Shown: positions 11,201-19,091 of the stretch, in pieces
Position numbering within the stretch: position 1 is the first letter of the stretch
Layout: every line of letters starts with the position of its first letter
Source of the DNA: a virus
Taxonomy: Duplodnaviria > Caudoviricetes
DNA: 46,141 nucleotides
Direction: 5' to 3' (one strand)
Virus record (IMG/VR): IMGVR_UViG_3300028384_000756
Span: 1 to 46,141 of that record
Position numbers and translations under genes: made by a program
Notes under the pieces: generated by a model
Told to the model about the DNA's origin: nothing
What the model saw: the letters and a program-made list of their open reading frames with translations, nothing else
The model's database searches: none

Positions 11201-11619
11201 GTTGTGTCTAACCAGTATGTACCTGCTTCAGGATCTGCTGTTGGTACACTTGATCTTGGCTCTAATTGTCCTAAATCAATTGGTGCTCTTACTACCCATG
11301 CTCTATTGCTCACGCCTAAGAATGAATATGCTGCTTGTAGTCCATATTCGTTTACTTCTGAACCATGAACTGGATTGTTGTTTGCGTCTACTCTAAAAGT
11401 AGGATCTCCAAATGTTTCAGCCAAGTCACGTTGCGATGTCATCAAGAACGGCTTACCAGCATTAGATGCTAGTGTGCCTGTCGCTGTACCTGTACCCGAA
11501 GCATTTGTTTTATCCTGTGCAGATGCACAGAAAATAACTGGAACTGTACCTGGTTCAGCTGGAGTATAAAAACTCTCATTTACAACGCTAACCTGTACAC
11601 CTGGTGATGTTAATGCCAT
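8230..11619 (-). CDS. gp18: Tail sheath protein, 1129 aa (enlarged)
   Basis: MALTSPGVQV N-terminus; C-terminal PWFAPAGTRRG, RDTLY..GVNPI, GQKT, DRINVARL, FEPND, VVCDETNNT, I.PVKAIEFIYI. Confidence 0.97.
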   Translation of the reverse strand: MALTSPGVQVSVVNESFYTPAEPGTVPVIFCASAQDKTNASGTGTATGTLASNAGKPFLMTSQRDLAETFGDPTFRVDANNNPVHGSEVNEYGLQAAYSFLGVSNRAWVVRAPIDLGQLEPRSSVPTADPEAGTYWLDTTTSLFGIQEWNNADITITGGQTFTNKTPLVLTKETQVTGTVNAPGAPLASIGEIGDYAVIAVNKVVTIWYRASDGDWVQVGSDEWRDSWPAVKGSKANPSVSASTFTLNDTLITLSNGQTLSEIVNDINGLGIGGLRAAAVDNRLALYSDGTTSGADSTLAGPVVIAAGTNNDETALTALGLTAGTYYPPALQISKHTSIPTTFKKASGVTGRPTGSIWLKTTEPNLGARWRVKQWNDETRLWDSDESPMFPSAQDAILELDRTGGGDNLQIGDSFILTNVAGDTLPLASFRIYRRAAIGSTVIKSKAIESNSFGAGTYNMYIQSTSPGDADFSLFASSIATVTMDGTESAADQAIKWATAITSAGIPNISAEVDSENRIVIKHSKGGEMKITDGSGSFASLVALGISPYVDANTGTQYVSYEPGTDSGTQPQVYRASNWQALNYTASPTAPTDTAADGQLWYNSIIDEIDIMIHNGTTWVGYQYDGNDASNFGPASPYYSAVSSEKTDPAGPMISATQPTKQSDGTELANGDLWIDSSDLENYPMIYRYRKATDAWELLDKSDGTTENGVLFADARYGTSGINGNTAATIKDLLTNNYLDPDAPDPALYPQGMILVNTRRSGFNVKKFVKNYINTGEKNLRHKDEDMSNADGAGTPYNRDRWVTESGNQNDGSGSFGRKAQRKVIVQALQEVVNNNDEIRDDEARIFNLIACPGYPELIGEMITLNYDRGLTGFVVGDAPMRLTPDATSLNEWATNAKLAAEDNDDGLVSRDDYFAVFYPAGFTSDNFGNNVVVPPSHMMLRTIALSDQVSYPWFAPAGTRRGGITNATATGYIDNEGEFVTIALNEGQRDTLYAQGVNPITFITGAGLVNFGQKTRARGNSSLDRINVARLVIYLRSQLNTLAKPYIFEPNDKITRDEIKGQVESLLLELVGQRALYDFLVVCDETNNTPSRIDRNELYVDVAIEPVKAIEFIYIPLRLKNTGEIAGL

Positions 11620-11731
11620 TATATTTCTCCTATGGATTGGGTCAATTTATTACTTGTATTTACCACTTACAAAGAAAAATGTATTAGTTATACCCATAAA
11701 AAAGGCACCAAAAAGGTGAGCTAAATACAGT

Positions 11732-12067
11732 ATGAGACCTTTATGTAAATGTGGACATAGACCAGCTGCTATTAATTATAAAAAAGATGGCAGGACATAT
11801 TATCGAAAACTATGCGAAACTTGTTTACGAAATGGTGTAGGTCATGGAATACCTAAATGGAAGCAATCAGGATATAAAAAGAAAGATTCCTGCGAGAAGT
11901 GTGGGTTTAAAAGTAAACACGCAGAACAATTTAATGTATTTCATATAGACGGCAACTTAGAAAATTGCCGTCCTAGTAATTTAAAAACTATCTGTGCTAA
12001 CTGTCAGAGAATTCTGCAAAAAGAGGGAGTGAAGTGGAAGCAGGGAGACTTAATCCCTGATTTCTAA
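11732..12067 (+). CDS. Zn-finger/HNH-like protein (degenerate HNH)
   Basis: CxCG...CxxC, CEKCGF, FHIDGNLENCRPSNLKTICANCQ. The final His of HNH is replaced by Gln. Confidence 0.7.
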   Translation: MRPLCKCGHRPAAINYKKDGRTYYRKLCETCLRNGVGHGIPKWKQSGYKKKDSCEKCGFKSKHAEQFNVFHIDGNLENCRPSNLKTICANCQRILQKEGVKWKQGDLIPDF

Positions 12068-12557
12068 AAATAGTACGAATTAGTGTATCAACATTTTTTT
12101 CTAAACGTTTTATGTCGCCATTATTATCAATTGTATAATCACACATCCACTGTTCGATGCTCATTGAACTAGGATCCTCTGTAGGCAAGTGATCTGATCT
12201 ATCTACCCAAATTGCATAGTCAAAAATTTCTTCATTTTGCATTGCAAAGAATTCACGCTTATTACGTAAACCACAGTAGATTTGATTTTCTGCAAATAAG
12301 TTACGCCCTAGTCTTGCTAAGTCGTCTCGACAATAATTGTGTATCATGTTATACCATTCAGTACGATGATTATGTCTATCTGCGTAACACTCTTCTTCGT
12401 CAGAATATCCATACTTGTCTTTTAGATCATTGAAAATAAAAAGCTCTGAACAAAATTTTGAACTTGACTGAAATGTATATCCAAACTTTTGTAGCATTTC
12501 GCAGACAGTGTCTTTGCCATGTCGACCGTGTCCGACAATAAGTAATTTAGGTAACAT
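11997..12557 (-). CDS. Deoxynucleoside monophosphate kinase-like P-loop kinase
   Basis: N-terminal P-loop GHGRHGKDT, G.RN.RE, and DYTIDNNG near the C-terminus. Confidence 0.7.
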   Translation of the reverse strand: MLPKLLIVGHGRHGKDTVCEMLQKFGYTFQSSSKFCSELFIFNDLKDKYGYSDEEECYADRHNHRTEWYNMIHNYCRDDLARLGRNLFAENQIYCGLRNKREFFAMQNEEIFDYAIWVDRSDHLPTEDPSSMSIEQWMCDYTIDNNGDIKRLEKNVDTLIRTIFRNQGLSLPASTSLPLFAEFSDS

Positions 12558-12584
12558 TAATAATCCTTATGTAATATAGTTTAT

Positions 12585-12613
12585 ATTATATAAGAAAATT
12601 AAACCTTTGTCAA
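12585..12613 (-). promoter_or_regulatory. Consensus sigma70 promoter for the dNMP kinase
   Basis: Minus strand TTGACA-aaggtttaattttctta (17 nt)-TATAAT; AAGGA RBS and ATG at 12557 downstream. Confidence 0.9.
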
Positions 12614-12814
12614 CCGTTTTTCTGATTGTCGCTGTGCCCAGGCTGCTTCAAACCCTAACTCAGCATATTGAGCTCTTTCGTGATTGCCCCATAGTCTACG
12701 GAAATATGATTCGTAAGTAGACATGATATCTTTATCACTCCAGCTGTCGGGAATAAGTTGACCTTTGACCATCCAGTAAAAACGATTAGCTTCTTTGCGT
12801 TCAAAATATGTCAT
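12599..12814 (-). CDS. Hypothetical protein, 71 aa
   Basis: ORF with a late-type motif TGTAAATA 4 nt upstream of its ATG. Confidence 0.7.
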   Translation of the reverse strand: MTYFERKEANRFYWMVKGQLIPDSWSDKDIMSTYESYFRRLWGNHERAQYAELGFEAAWAQRQSEKRLTKV

Positions 12815-12851
12815 ACTGTATTTACAGTATGCTTAAATTATAGCGTTAACA

Positions 12852-13610
12852 TTAGCCAATAGTGAAGCCGTAGCCTGTTCCGCCCGGTACAGCTAGTTTT
12901 ACTTCTTCTTGTAACTTTTCCATTTCCTGCTGTGCTTCAGCTTTTAGTGCATCGCCATTGAGAGTGCTTCCTCCTTGAGGTCCGGCAATAGTAGCAAACT
13001 TTGAACGTGCTTCACCTAGCATATATTTGCAGCCTGCTAAAGTATAGTCTTTAATCCATTGTTTAGCAAGATAGTCATTTAATATTTCAGTATCCGGTCT
13101 GTGATTATAAACGTACAAAAGTAAATCTTCTTCTGTTCTAGGACGTTGTAGCAACGTGAGTTTCTTTGTAGTTGAATTCCATTTAAATTCAATAAACGAT
13201 CCAAACATTCTACCTACAAGTTCTTGATACTGTGAGAACATATCGTATGTAGCTAATCCGCCCATATTTGAGCTCGATAGCAAATATGTATTAGTATAAG
13301 CCATGTTAAATGGTTCAAATAGTGTGCCACCGTCGCCGCCGCCTGTGCGTGAACCAATTGATCTACGAAAGAGCTTACGTACTTCTATTACTTCATTAGG
13401 CAATGTGTAATCATTTTGATCAGTAACCGTTGGCATAAACAAATAACTTTCTTCAACACTATTATCTGAACGCTGGCGGAACGTAGTTAATGCTTTGGTC
13501 AATGCAGTTTCGTAATGTACCGGATCAAGTTCTACATCAATCATGCCGCCGCCTAGCATTGCATGAACATAATCAAATACTTCTTGTTTTTGTGTTTGTA
13601 AGTCTGCCAT
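12852..13610 (-). CDS. gp13: Neck protein (T4 gp13-like)
   Basis: LGGGMIDVELD, WIKDY..A..K..LGEARSKF..I.GP.GG.TLNGD.LK.EA..E. Confidence 0.9.
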   Translation of the reverse strand: MADLQTQKQEVFDYVHAMLGGGMIDVELDPVHYETALTKALTTFRQRSDNSVEESYLFMPTVTDQNDYTLPNEVIEVRKLFRRSIGSRTGGGDGGTLFEPFNMAYTNTYLLSSSNMGGLATYDMFSQYQELVGRMFGSFIEFKWNSTTKKLTLLQRPRTEEDLLLYVYNHRPDTEILNDYLAKQWIKDYTLAGCKYMLGEARSKFATIAGPQGGSTLNGDALKAEAQQEMEKLQEEVKLAVPGGTGYGFTIG

Positions 13611-13626
13611 AATAAAGTCTCCATAG

Positions 13627-13641
13627 TATTTATGCTAAATA
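13627..13641. promoter_or_regulatory. Back-to-back late-type promoter motifs for gp13 (CATAAATA, -) and gp14 (GCTAAATA, +)
   Basis: tatttatg at 13627-13634 and gctaaata at 13634-13641, within a 36-nt divergent intergenic region. Confidence 0.7.
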
Positions 13642-13646
13642 TGTGT

Positions 13647-14744
13647 ATGCCAAGATTATCATTATATAAACCAGAGCGCGGCAATGATTACGAATTTCTA
13701 GACAAACAAATTCTAGAAATGTTTACTGTTGGCGGGACTGATATACACATATACAAGTATACAGGAACCGACGACGGTGCAACTGTAAAAGATCATACGC
13801 AAATACAAGACATGGTATTTTTAGAAAACCGTGACAGAAAATATGATTCAGACATTTATAGCCTTAGAGCAATTTATAATGTTAATGACATTGATTTTGA
13901 CCTAAGCCAGTTTGGTTTATTTTTGAGTAATGATACTTTGTTTATGACTATTCATATTAGAAGCAGCGTAAAAACACTAGGAAGAAAAATTATGCCGGGA
14001 GACGTAATTGAATTACCTCACTTGTTAGATGAGTATGCTGAAAATAGTTACGATGTTGCACTTAAACGTTTTTATGTAGTAGAAGACGTTAATCGTGCAG
14101 CAGAAGGATTTTCACAAACTTGGTATCCGCATTTATATCGTATTAAATTAAAACAAATATACGACGGACAAGAATACAAAGATATACTTGATCTTCCTGC
14201 TGAAGAAGGCAGCAATGATACCTTACGCGACCTATTGTCTACATACGAAAAAGAAATGCAAATTTCTCAAGCAGTTAAAGACGAAGCAACAGAAGAAGTA
14301 CAACAAAGTGGTTACGATGTTAGTCATTTTTATACCTTACAAACTACTGATAGTGGCGAAACAGAATTAACTGAAACTGAAGGTACGGATGATTTAAAAG
14401 AAATGGCTAAGCCAGATCGTCCTGGGTACAAAGGATATCTAATAGGAGGAGATATAGCTCCGAACGGAGAACCGTTCGGACATGGCATTAGTTTTCCTCC
14501 ATCTCCACAAGACGGAGATTATTTTATGAGAACAGACTTTATGCCTAACAGACTTTTTAAATATAAGGCCAATCGCTGGAACAAAGTACAAGATGTTAAA
14601 CGTGCAGACTTATATGGTGCTGATACTGCTAACAACCAAAAAGGTACATTTATCAATAACAGTAACGAAACAACTGTTGCAGGCGAGACATTTAAAGAGA
14701 AACAAGGTCTATCGCAGGCACTTAAACCTAAGGCGGATAATTAA
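13647..14744 (+). CDS. gp14: Neck/head-closure protein (T4 gp14-like); start revised to MPRLSLYKPE
   Basis: FLENRDRKYD, FDLSQFGLF, LGRKIMPGDVIELPHL; position next to gp13 and gp15. Confidence 0.75.
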   Translation: MPRLSLYKPERGNDYEFLDKQILEMFTVGGTDIHIYKYTGTDDGATVKDHTQIQDMVFLENRDRKYDSDIYSLRAIYNVNDIDFDLSQFGLFLSNDTLFMTIHIRSSVKTLGRKIMPGDVIELPHLLDEYAENSYDVALKRFYVVEDVNRAAEGFSQTWYPHLYRIKLKQIYDGQEYKDILDLPAEEGSNDTLRDLLSTYEKEMQISQAVKDEATEEVQQSGYDVSHFYTLQTTDSGETELTETEGTDDLKEMAKPDRPGYKGYLIGGDIAPNGEPFGHGISFPPSPQDGDYFMRTDFMPNRLFKYKANRWNKVQDVKRADLYGADTANNQKGTFINNSNETTVAGETFKEKQGLSQALKPKADN

Positions 14745-16393
14745 TGCAACATTTTTACGATCAACAAATTAGACGTTACATTACACAAATTATTCGTATG
14801 ATGGGAGAGTTTGGTTATAAAGATGGCAATGACAATCTTGTAAAGGTTCCAGTTATGTACGGAGACTTGACAAGACAAGTTGGTGCTATTATTAGAGATA
14901 ATTCTGAAAATAAAATGCCAAGTGCTCCAAGAATGGCAGTGTATATAACTGGTTTAGAAATGGACACTGCACGTCTAGCTGATAGTAGCTATGTTAATAA
15001 GTTGAATATCAGAGAACGTGCGTATGATTCAAATGGCGACGAGTATTTAAAGAAAGAAGGCAAGAACTATACAGTTGAACGTTTGATGCCTACTCCTTAT
15101 ACTCTAACTGTAAATTTAGACTTATGGACAACTAATACAGATCAAAAGCTACAAATTATGGAACAGATATTAATGCTGTTTAATCCTAGTTTAGAAATAC
15201 AAAGTACAGATAACTATATTGATTGGACTAGTTTGAGTGTTGTAAATCTAACCAACATTGCATTTAGTTCTCGCAGTATTCCTACAGGTACCGAGTCAGA
15301 AATCGATGTTGCAACACTTACTTTTGAAATGCCAATTTATATAAGTCCGCCAGTTAAAGTTAAAAAACTTGGTGTCATTACAAATATCATTACAGCAATG
15401 TTTGCAGACGACGGTTTGGAAATAAACATAAACGACACAGCATATGCACAAAGTCTTGTTAAAGAAACCGAAATTGTAAGTGAAGATATTCCTAAGAAAC
15501 TATCAGGCAAGCGCGAAGCACTTGGGTCTGAAACAACTCTAATTGCCACAAGTCATAATAATTATGATTTACTGTTTATGAATGGTATTGCCAAGTTAAT
15601 CGGTAAAAATGCTGTTGTTGGTGCAGAAACATGGACAGGTTATTTAAAATCAATGCCATATGAGTTTGAATCAGGTATTACTGAAATCCGATTGCAGCGT
15701 TCAAATGGATTTGAAATCGTAGGTACAGTTGCAATTAATACAACCGACGAAACCGAATTGATAGTTAATGTTGATGCTGACACGTTACCAGATGATACAT
15801 ATCTTGAAGGACGTACTAGCATAGATTATATTATTGATCCTAGCAAGAAAAATCCACAAGACTTTGGTCTTAGTAGTAATCCTAGAATACTATTATTAGG
15901 TAATATAGGTCATGTACAACGAGGCACATTTACTACTACTAATAAAATTTTAACATACGATACTAAGTTTCCGTTCCATGATGTTACTGGGTTAAAAGTT
16001 TGGGTTAATGGAGTTGAAACAAGTGCAACAGCCGAAGACGGTGACTCCTCAAGAACATACGCAAGTGCAGACTCAACACCATTAGACACTTACATTATTA
16101 AATTTGGAACAATGTTAGAGATTGGCGATGTTGTAGAATACGAATTGTATCTCGACGTTGACGGTCCTGACGCATGGAAGAATGCAGATGGAACAGATTT
16201 TGCTGCAAGTGCTAACGATATTGTTGAATGGACCGGTGATAGGTGGGTAAGAGTATTTACAGCAGCTAACAATAGTACCGAGGTGTATACAACTAATCTA
16301 AATACAAGTATACAGTATAAATGGACTGGCAATGAATGGATTATGAGCTACGAAGGCGAGTATCCAGATGGCACTTGGAGAATTGCATACTAG
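14744..16393 (+). CDS. gp15: Tail sheath stabiliser/terminator (T4 gp15-like) with C-terminal extension
   Basis: FYDQQIRRYI, VPVMYGD, P.MAVYI, PTPYTL...L.LW, QI.EQIL.LFNPS; TAATG coupling to gp14. Confidence 0.85.
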   Translation: MQHFYDQQIRRYITQIIRMMGEFGYKDGNDNLVKVPVMYGDLTRQVGAIIRDNSENKMPSAPRMAVYITGLEMDTARLADSSYVNKLNIRERAYDSNGDEYLKKEGKNYTVERLMPTPYTLTVNLDLWTTNTDQKLQIMEQILMLFNPSLEIQSTDNYIDWTSLSVVNLTNIAFSSRSIPTGTESEIDVATLTFEMPIYISPPVKVKKLGVITNIITAMFADDGLEININDTAYAQSLVKETEIVSEDIPKKLSGKREALGSETTLIATSHNNYDLLFMNGIAKLIGKNAVVGAETWTGYLKSMPYEFESGITEIRLQRSNGFEIVGTVAINTTDETELIVNVDADTLPDDTYLEGRTSIDYIIDPSKKNPQDFGLSSNPRILLLGNIGHVQRGTFTTTNKILTYDTKFPFHDVTGLKVWVNGVETSATAEDGDSSRTYASADSTPLDTYIIKFGTMLEIGDVVEYELYLDVDGPDAWKNADGTDFAASANDIVEWTGDRWVRVFTAANNSTEVYTTNLNTSIQYKWTGNEWIMSYEGEYPDGTWRIAY

Positions 16394-16406
16394 AATAATT
16401 ACTAGT

Positions 16407-16838
16407 ATGAAAGAGATTGTTTGTAGCGGTGCATTATTATATGCACTTAATACCAAAAGATTTTTATTTTTACATCGTGCAAATAACAAACGTAATAATG
16501 TTTGGGGTCTTGTCGGTGGCACAAACGAAGGCAAAGAAACACCTTGGGAAGGTCTTCGACGAGAAATTACCGAAGAAATCGGCGATGTCGAAATTAAAAA
16601 AACAATACCTTTAGAAACGTTTGTTAGCAACGACGAGCATTTTCATTTTCACACATATCTATGTGTAGTTAAAGACGAATTTATTCCTATGCTAAATTCT
16701 GAACACGATGGCTATGCATGGTGCAGCTTTACTAAGTGGCCCAAACCTTTGCATAGCGGTCTACAAAATACTTTAAATAAAAGAAGCAATATTACTAAAC
16801 TAAAAACAGTTTTTGAAGTAATAGATTTAATTAATTAG
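16407..16838 (+). CDS. NUDIX hydrolase; start revised to MKEIVCSG
   Basis: Nudix box GGTNEGKETPWEGLRREITEEIG. Confidence 0.9.
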   Translation: MKEIVCSGALLYALNTKRFLFLHRANNKRNNVWGLVGGTNEGKETPWEGLRREITEEIGDVEIKKTIPLETFVSNDEHFHFHTYLCVVKDEFIPMLNSEHDGYAWCSFTKWPKPLHSGLQNTLNKRSNITKLKTVFEVIDLIN

Positions 16839-16846
16839 GATTAATA

Positions 16847-17221
16847 ATGGCAAAAGATAATGTTAAACAAACTGATTACGGTTATGAAATTATTTGGGCA
16901 ATTACAAAAGATTATTGTTCTAAAATTTTAGCATTTGAAAATCCTGGTGTTAAAACTCCTATGCAATTTCAGAAAGAAACTGAAAAGAGTTTATTTGTTA
17001 ATAACGGAATTTTTAGAATACGTTGGATTGATACCAGTGACGGACAGTACTATGAAAAGGAGTGTAAGGAAGGAAATGTATTTCATGTTCCTCCTATGAT
17101 GCCTATTAGTATTGAAAGTTTAACAGCTGGTGCTAGTATAACACAAACTAGCAACGGTGAAAGAGATAGTGACATATTTGTTGTAATACCGGCATCAAAT
17201 ATAGGTAATAGCGATGCATGA
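16847..17221 (+). CDS. Cupin-fold protein (phosphomannose-isomerase-like), apparently lacking metal ligands
   Basis: GYEIIWA...YCSKIL.F..PG, G.F.IRWID, EGNVFHVPP cupin pattern; the usual His ligands are not evident. Confidence 0.55.
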   Translation: MAKDNVKQTDYGYEIIWAITKDYCSKILAFENPGVKTPMQFQKETEKSLFVNNGIFRIRWIDTSDGQYYEKECKEGNVFHVPPMMPISIESLTAGASITQTSNGERDSDIFVVIPASNIGNSDA

Positions 17222-17468
17222 TCTTAAAAAATTTAATCGGTATGCAGAAGAAATAGCAGCATTCAAACAGAAGGCTGATAAAATAAAAATACCAGAAACT
17301 AGAAGAAAAGTAGAATCACTTCTAAAAGAATTAGATCAACAAATATCTATTATTAATGATGCTCATAGTCCTACAAGAAGTGGCGGAGCAAAGCCAAAAT
17401 CAGTACACGAAAACATTGCAAATACTGCTAGGATTAGATGGCAGTTAAAGTCATTACTTAGAGTTTAG
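17214..17468 (+). CDS. Hypothetical helical protein, 84 aa
   Basis: ORF overlapping the cupin gene stop. Confidence 0.65.
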   Translation: MHDLKKFNRYAEEIAAFKQKADKIKIPETRRKVESLLKELDQQISIINDAHSPTRSGGAKPKSVHENIANTARIRWQLKSLLRV

Positions 17469-19066
17469 ATAGAATATAAAGTTCCACTCGTCTTACCTTG
17501 TGCGTTTGCTCCTGTACTTACTGTACCATCTGTGTCGACATGTACAAGACCAGTATTAAAGTTTGTACCAGTACTGTCTTGAATCGCAAACGGATGACTT
17601 GGTACCTGACTTAGATCAAATGCTATAGTTGTTCCACTAATTGCATATATTGTAGGATTGTTTGTAGTTCCGTAATGTCCGAACAAATATGCCGCTGTTC
17701 CAGAAGATGTAACTCGTAATGTAACTATAGCTGCTTCTAATACTTGATCTACTGTATAACTACTAGGAACATTTGATAAGTCTCCCCAAGCAACACTAGG
17801 TGTTGATAATGTACTAAACGTTACTTGTCCTGAACCATTAGTTGATAATACTTGTCCTGATGATCCGTCTGAAGTTGGCAATGTATATGTTTGTCCGGTG
17901 CCCAGTGTTAGTGTAGTTGTGTTTAACGTAGATGCAACCACTGTGCCACCGGATTGTAATACTAAGTTGCCCTGAGTGTTATTAATACCAAAACTGTTAG
18001 TGTCTAGAGATCCGCCAAGTTGTGGTGTAGTATCTTCAACTATATTAGCAATACCACCACCACCACCGCCAGATGAAACATCAGAAAATGTAAAGTTTCC
18101 AGCACCGTCAGTAGTCAGCACCTGTCCGTCGGTACCGTCACTAATACCCAAGTCTGTAAGAGACGATGGAATAGTAGGCTTACCACTTAAATCGTCGTAG
18201 TTGCCACTAAACACTGCACTTGACAAGGCATAAACACTTAGATCAGGCGGGGTGTATCTAAATACACCAGTTGTGTTATCGTATGTAATAGAACCATTGC
18301 CGTCAGCACTTAGTTCGTTACCAATACTAAATGATGCAAGTGTAGCAACTGTCGGAGTGTTATTAAAGTTATTATAATCTAAATAATAAGAGCCGTCAAA
18401 ACCGTCTAAGGTATCAGCATCTGTGCCGGCGCCGCCTGTAGTAGCATCAACTCCTGGCGCCCAACTATTTCCGTTCCATTTCAAAACTTGTCCAGTTGTA
18501 GGCGGAGTAGATGTAACATCAACATCAGTTAAAAAGTCAATACTGAAACTATCCATATTAATTTGTAAGTTGGTAGTATCTGTAGCAAGACTGGTTGAAA
18601 TATTTGTTCCGCCAATAATATCGAGTCTGGTAGCACCTTGTGCTTCTAATGAACCGTCATCTGATACAACAAGATTAAATGCATCTCCTGTACCGCTTGC
18701 ACTTGAATCAAATGTTAATGTGTTCGATTGTGTATCGACAGTAATGTTCATTCCTGTACCAGCAACAAAAATTAAATCATCGCCCGGAATAGTAGCCGAC
18801 GCAGTACCTTCACCTTGTACCACAGCATTACCAAAACTATTTGCATCAATTGTAGTATAAATTAGTCTATCACCAGCAGTGTTTACTTTTAAAAACGAAC
18901 CTGCATTATATGTACTCGGTGTATCTATTAAATTTAAAAATGTAGGTAATGCACTATCTTGAATGTTACTAATTACAATCCAAGCAGTTCCGTCCCATCG
19001 CCAGGATGTGTCACCGGATGTAAATTCGTCGTTTAAACTAGGGTTGCTTGGAAAATTAATTGCCAT
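17465..19066 (-). CDS. Tail fibre/baseplate-associated structural protein, probably missing part of its C-terminal domain
   Basis: MAINFPSNPSLND...WRWDGTAW start; GQVLKWNG, DADTLDG, DTTPQLGGSLD, YTLPTSDGSSGQVL fibre motifs; ends abruptly at ...GKTSGTLYSI. Confidence 0.75.
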   Translation of the reverse strand: MAINFPSNPSLNDEFTSGDTSWRWDGTAWIVISNIQDSALPTFLNLIDTPSTYNAGSFLKVNTAGDRLIYTTIDANSFGNAVVQGEGTASATIPGDDLIFVAGTGMNITVDTQSNTLTFDSSASGTGDAFNLVVSDDGSLEAQGATRLDIIGGTNISTSLATDTTNLQINMDSFSIDFLTDVDVTSTPPTTGQVLKWNGNSWAPGVDATTGGAGTDADTLDGFDGSYYLDYNNFNNTPTVATLASFSIGNELSADGNGSITYDNTTGVFRYTPPDLSVYALSSAVFSGNYDDLSGKPTIPSSLTDLGISDGTDGQVLTTDGAGNFTFSDVSSGGGGGGIANIVEDTTPQLGGSLDTNSFGINNTQGNLVLQSGGTVVASTLNTTTLTLGTGQTYTLPTSDGSSGQVLSTNGSGQVTFSTLSTPSVAWGDLSNVPSSYTVDQVLEAAIVTLRVTSSGTAAYLFGHYGTTNNPTIYAISGTTIAFDLSQVPSHPFAIQDSTGTNFNTGLVHVDTDGTVSTGANAQGKTSGTLYSI

Positions 19067-19091
19067 ATTTTATTCCTCTACTGTATTTACC

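Noticed and set aside
11620-11731. tRNA/ncRNA in the longest intergenic gap
   Set aside because: It contains only two divergent late-type motifs and a weak CACC-N5-GGTG hairpin, with no cloverleaf.
11732-12067. Active mobile homing endonuclease or intron
   Set aside because: The HNH motif is degenerate, it interrupts no gene, and no intron-like flanks are present.
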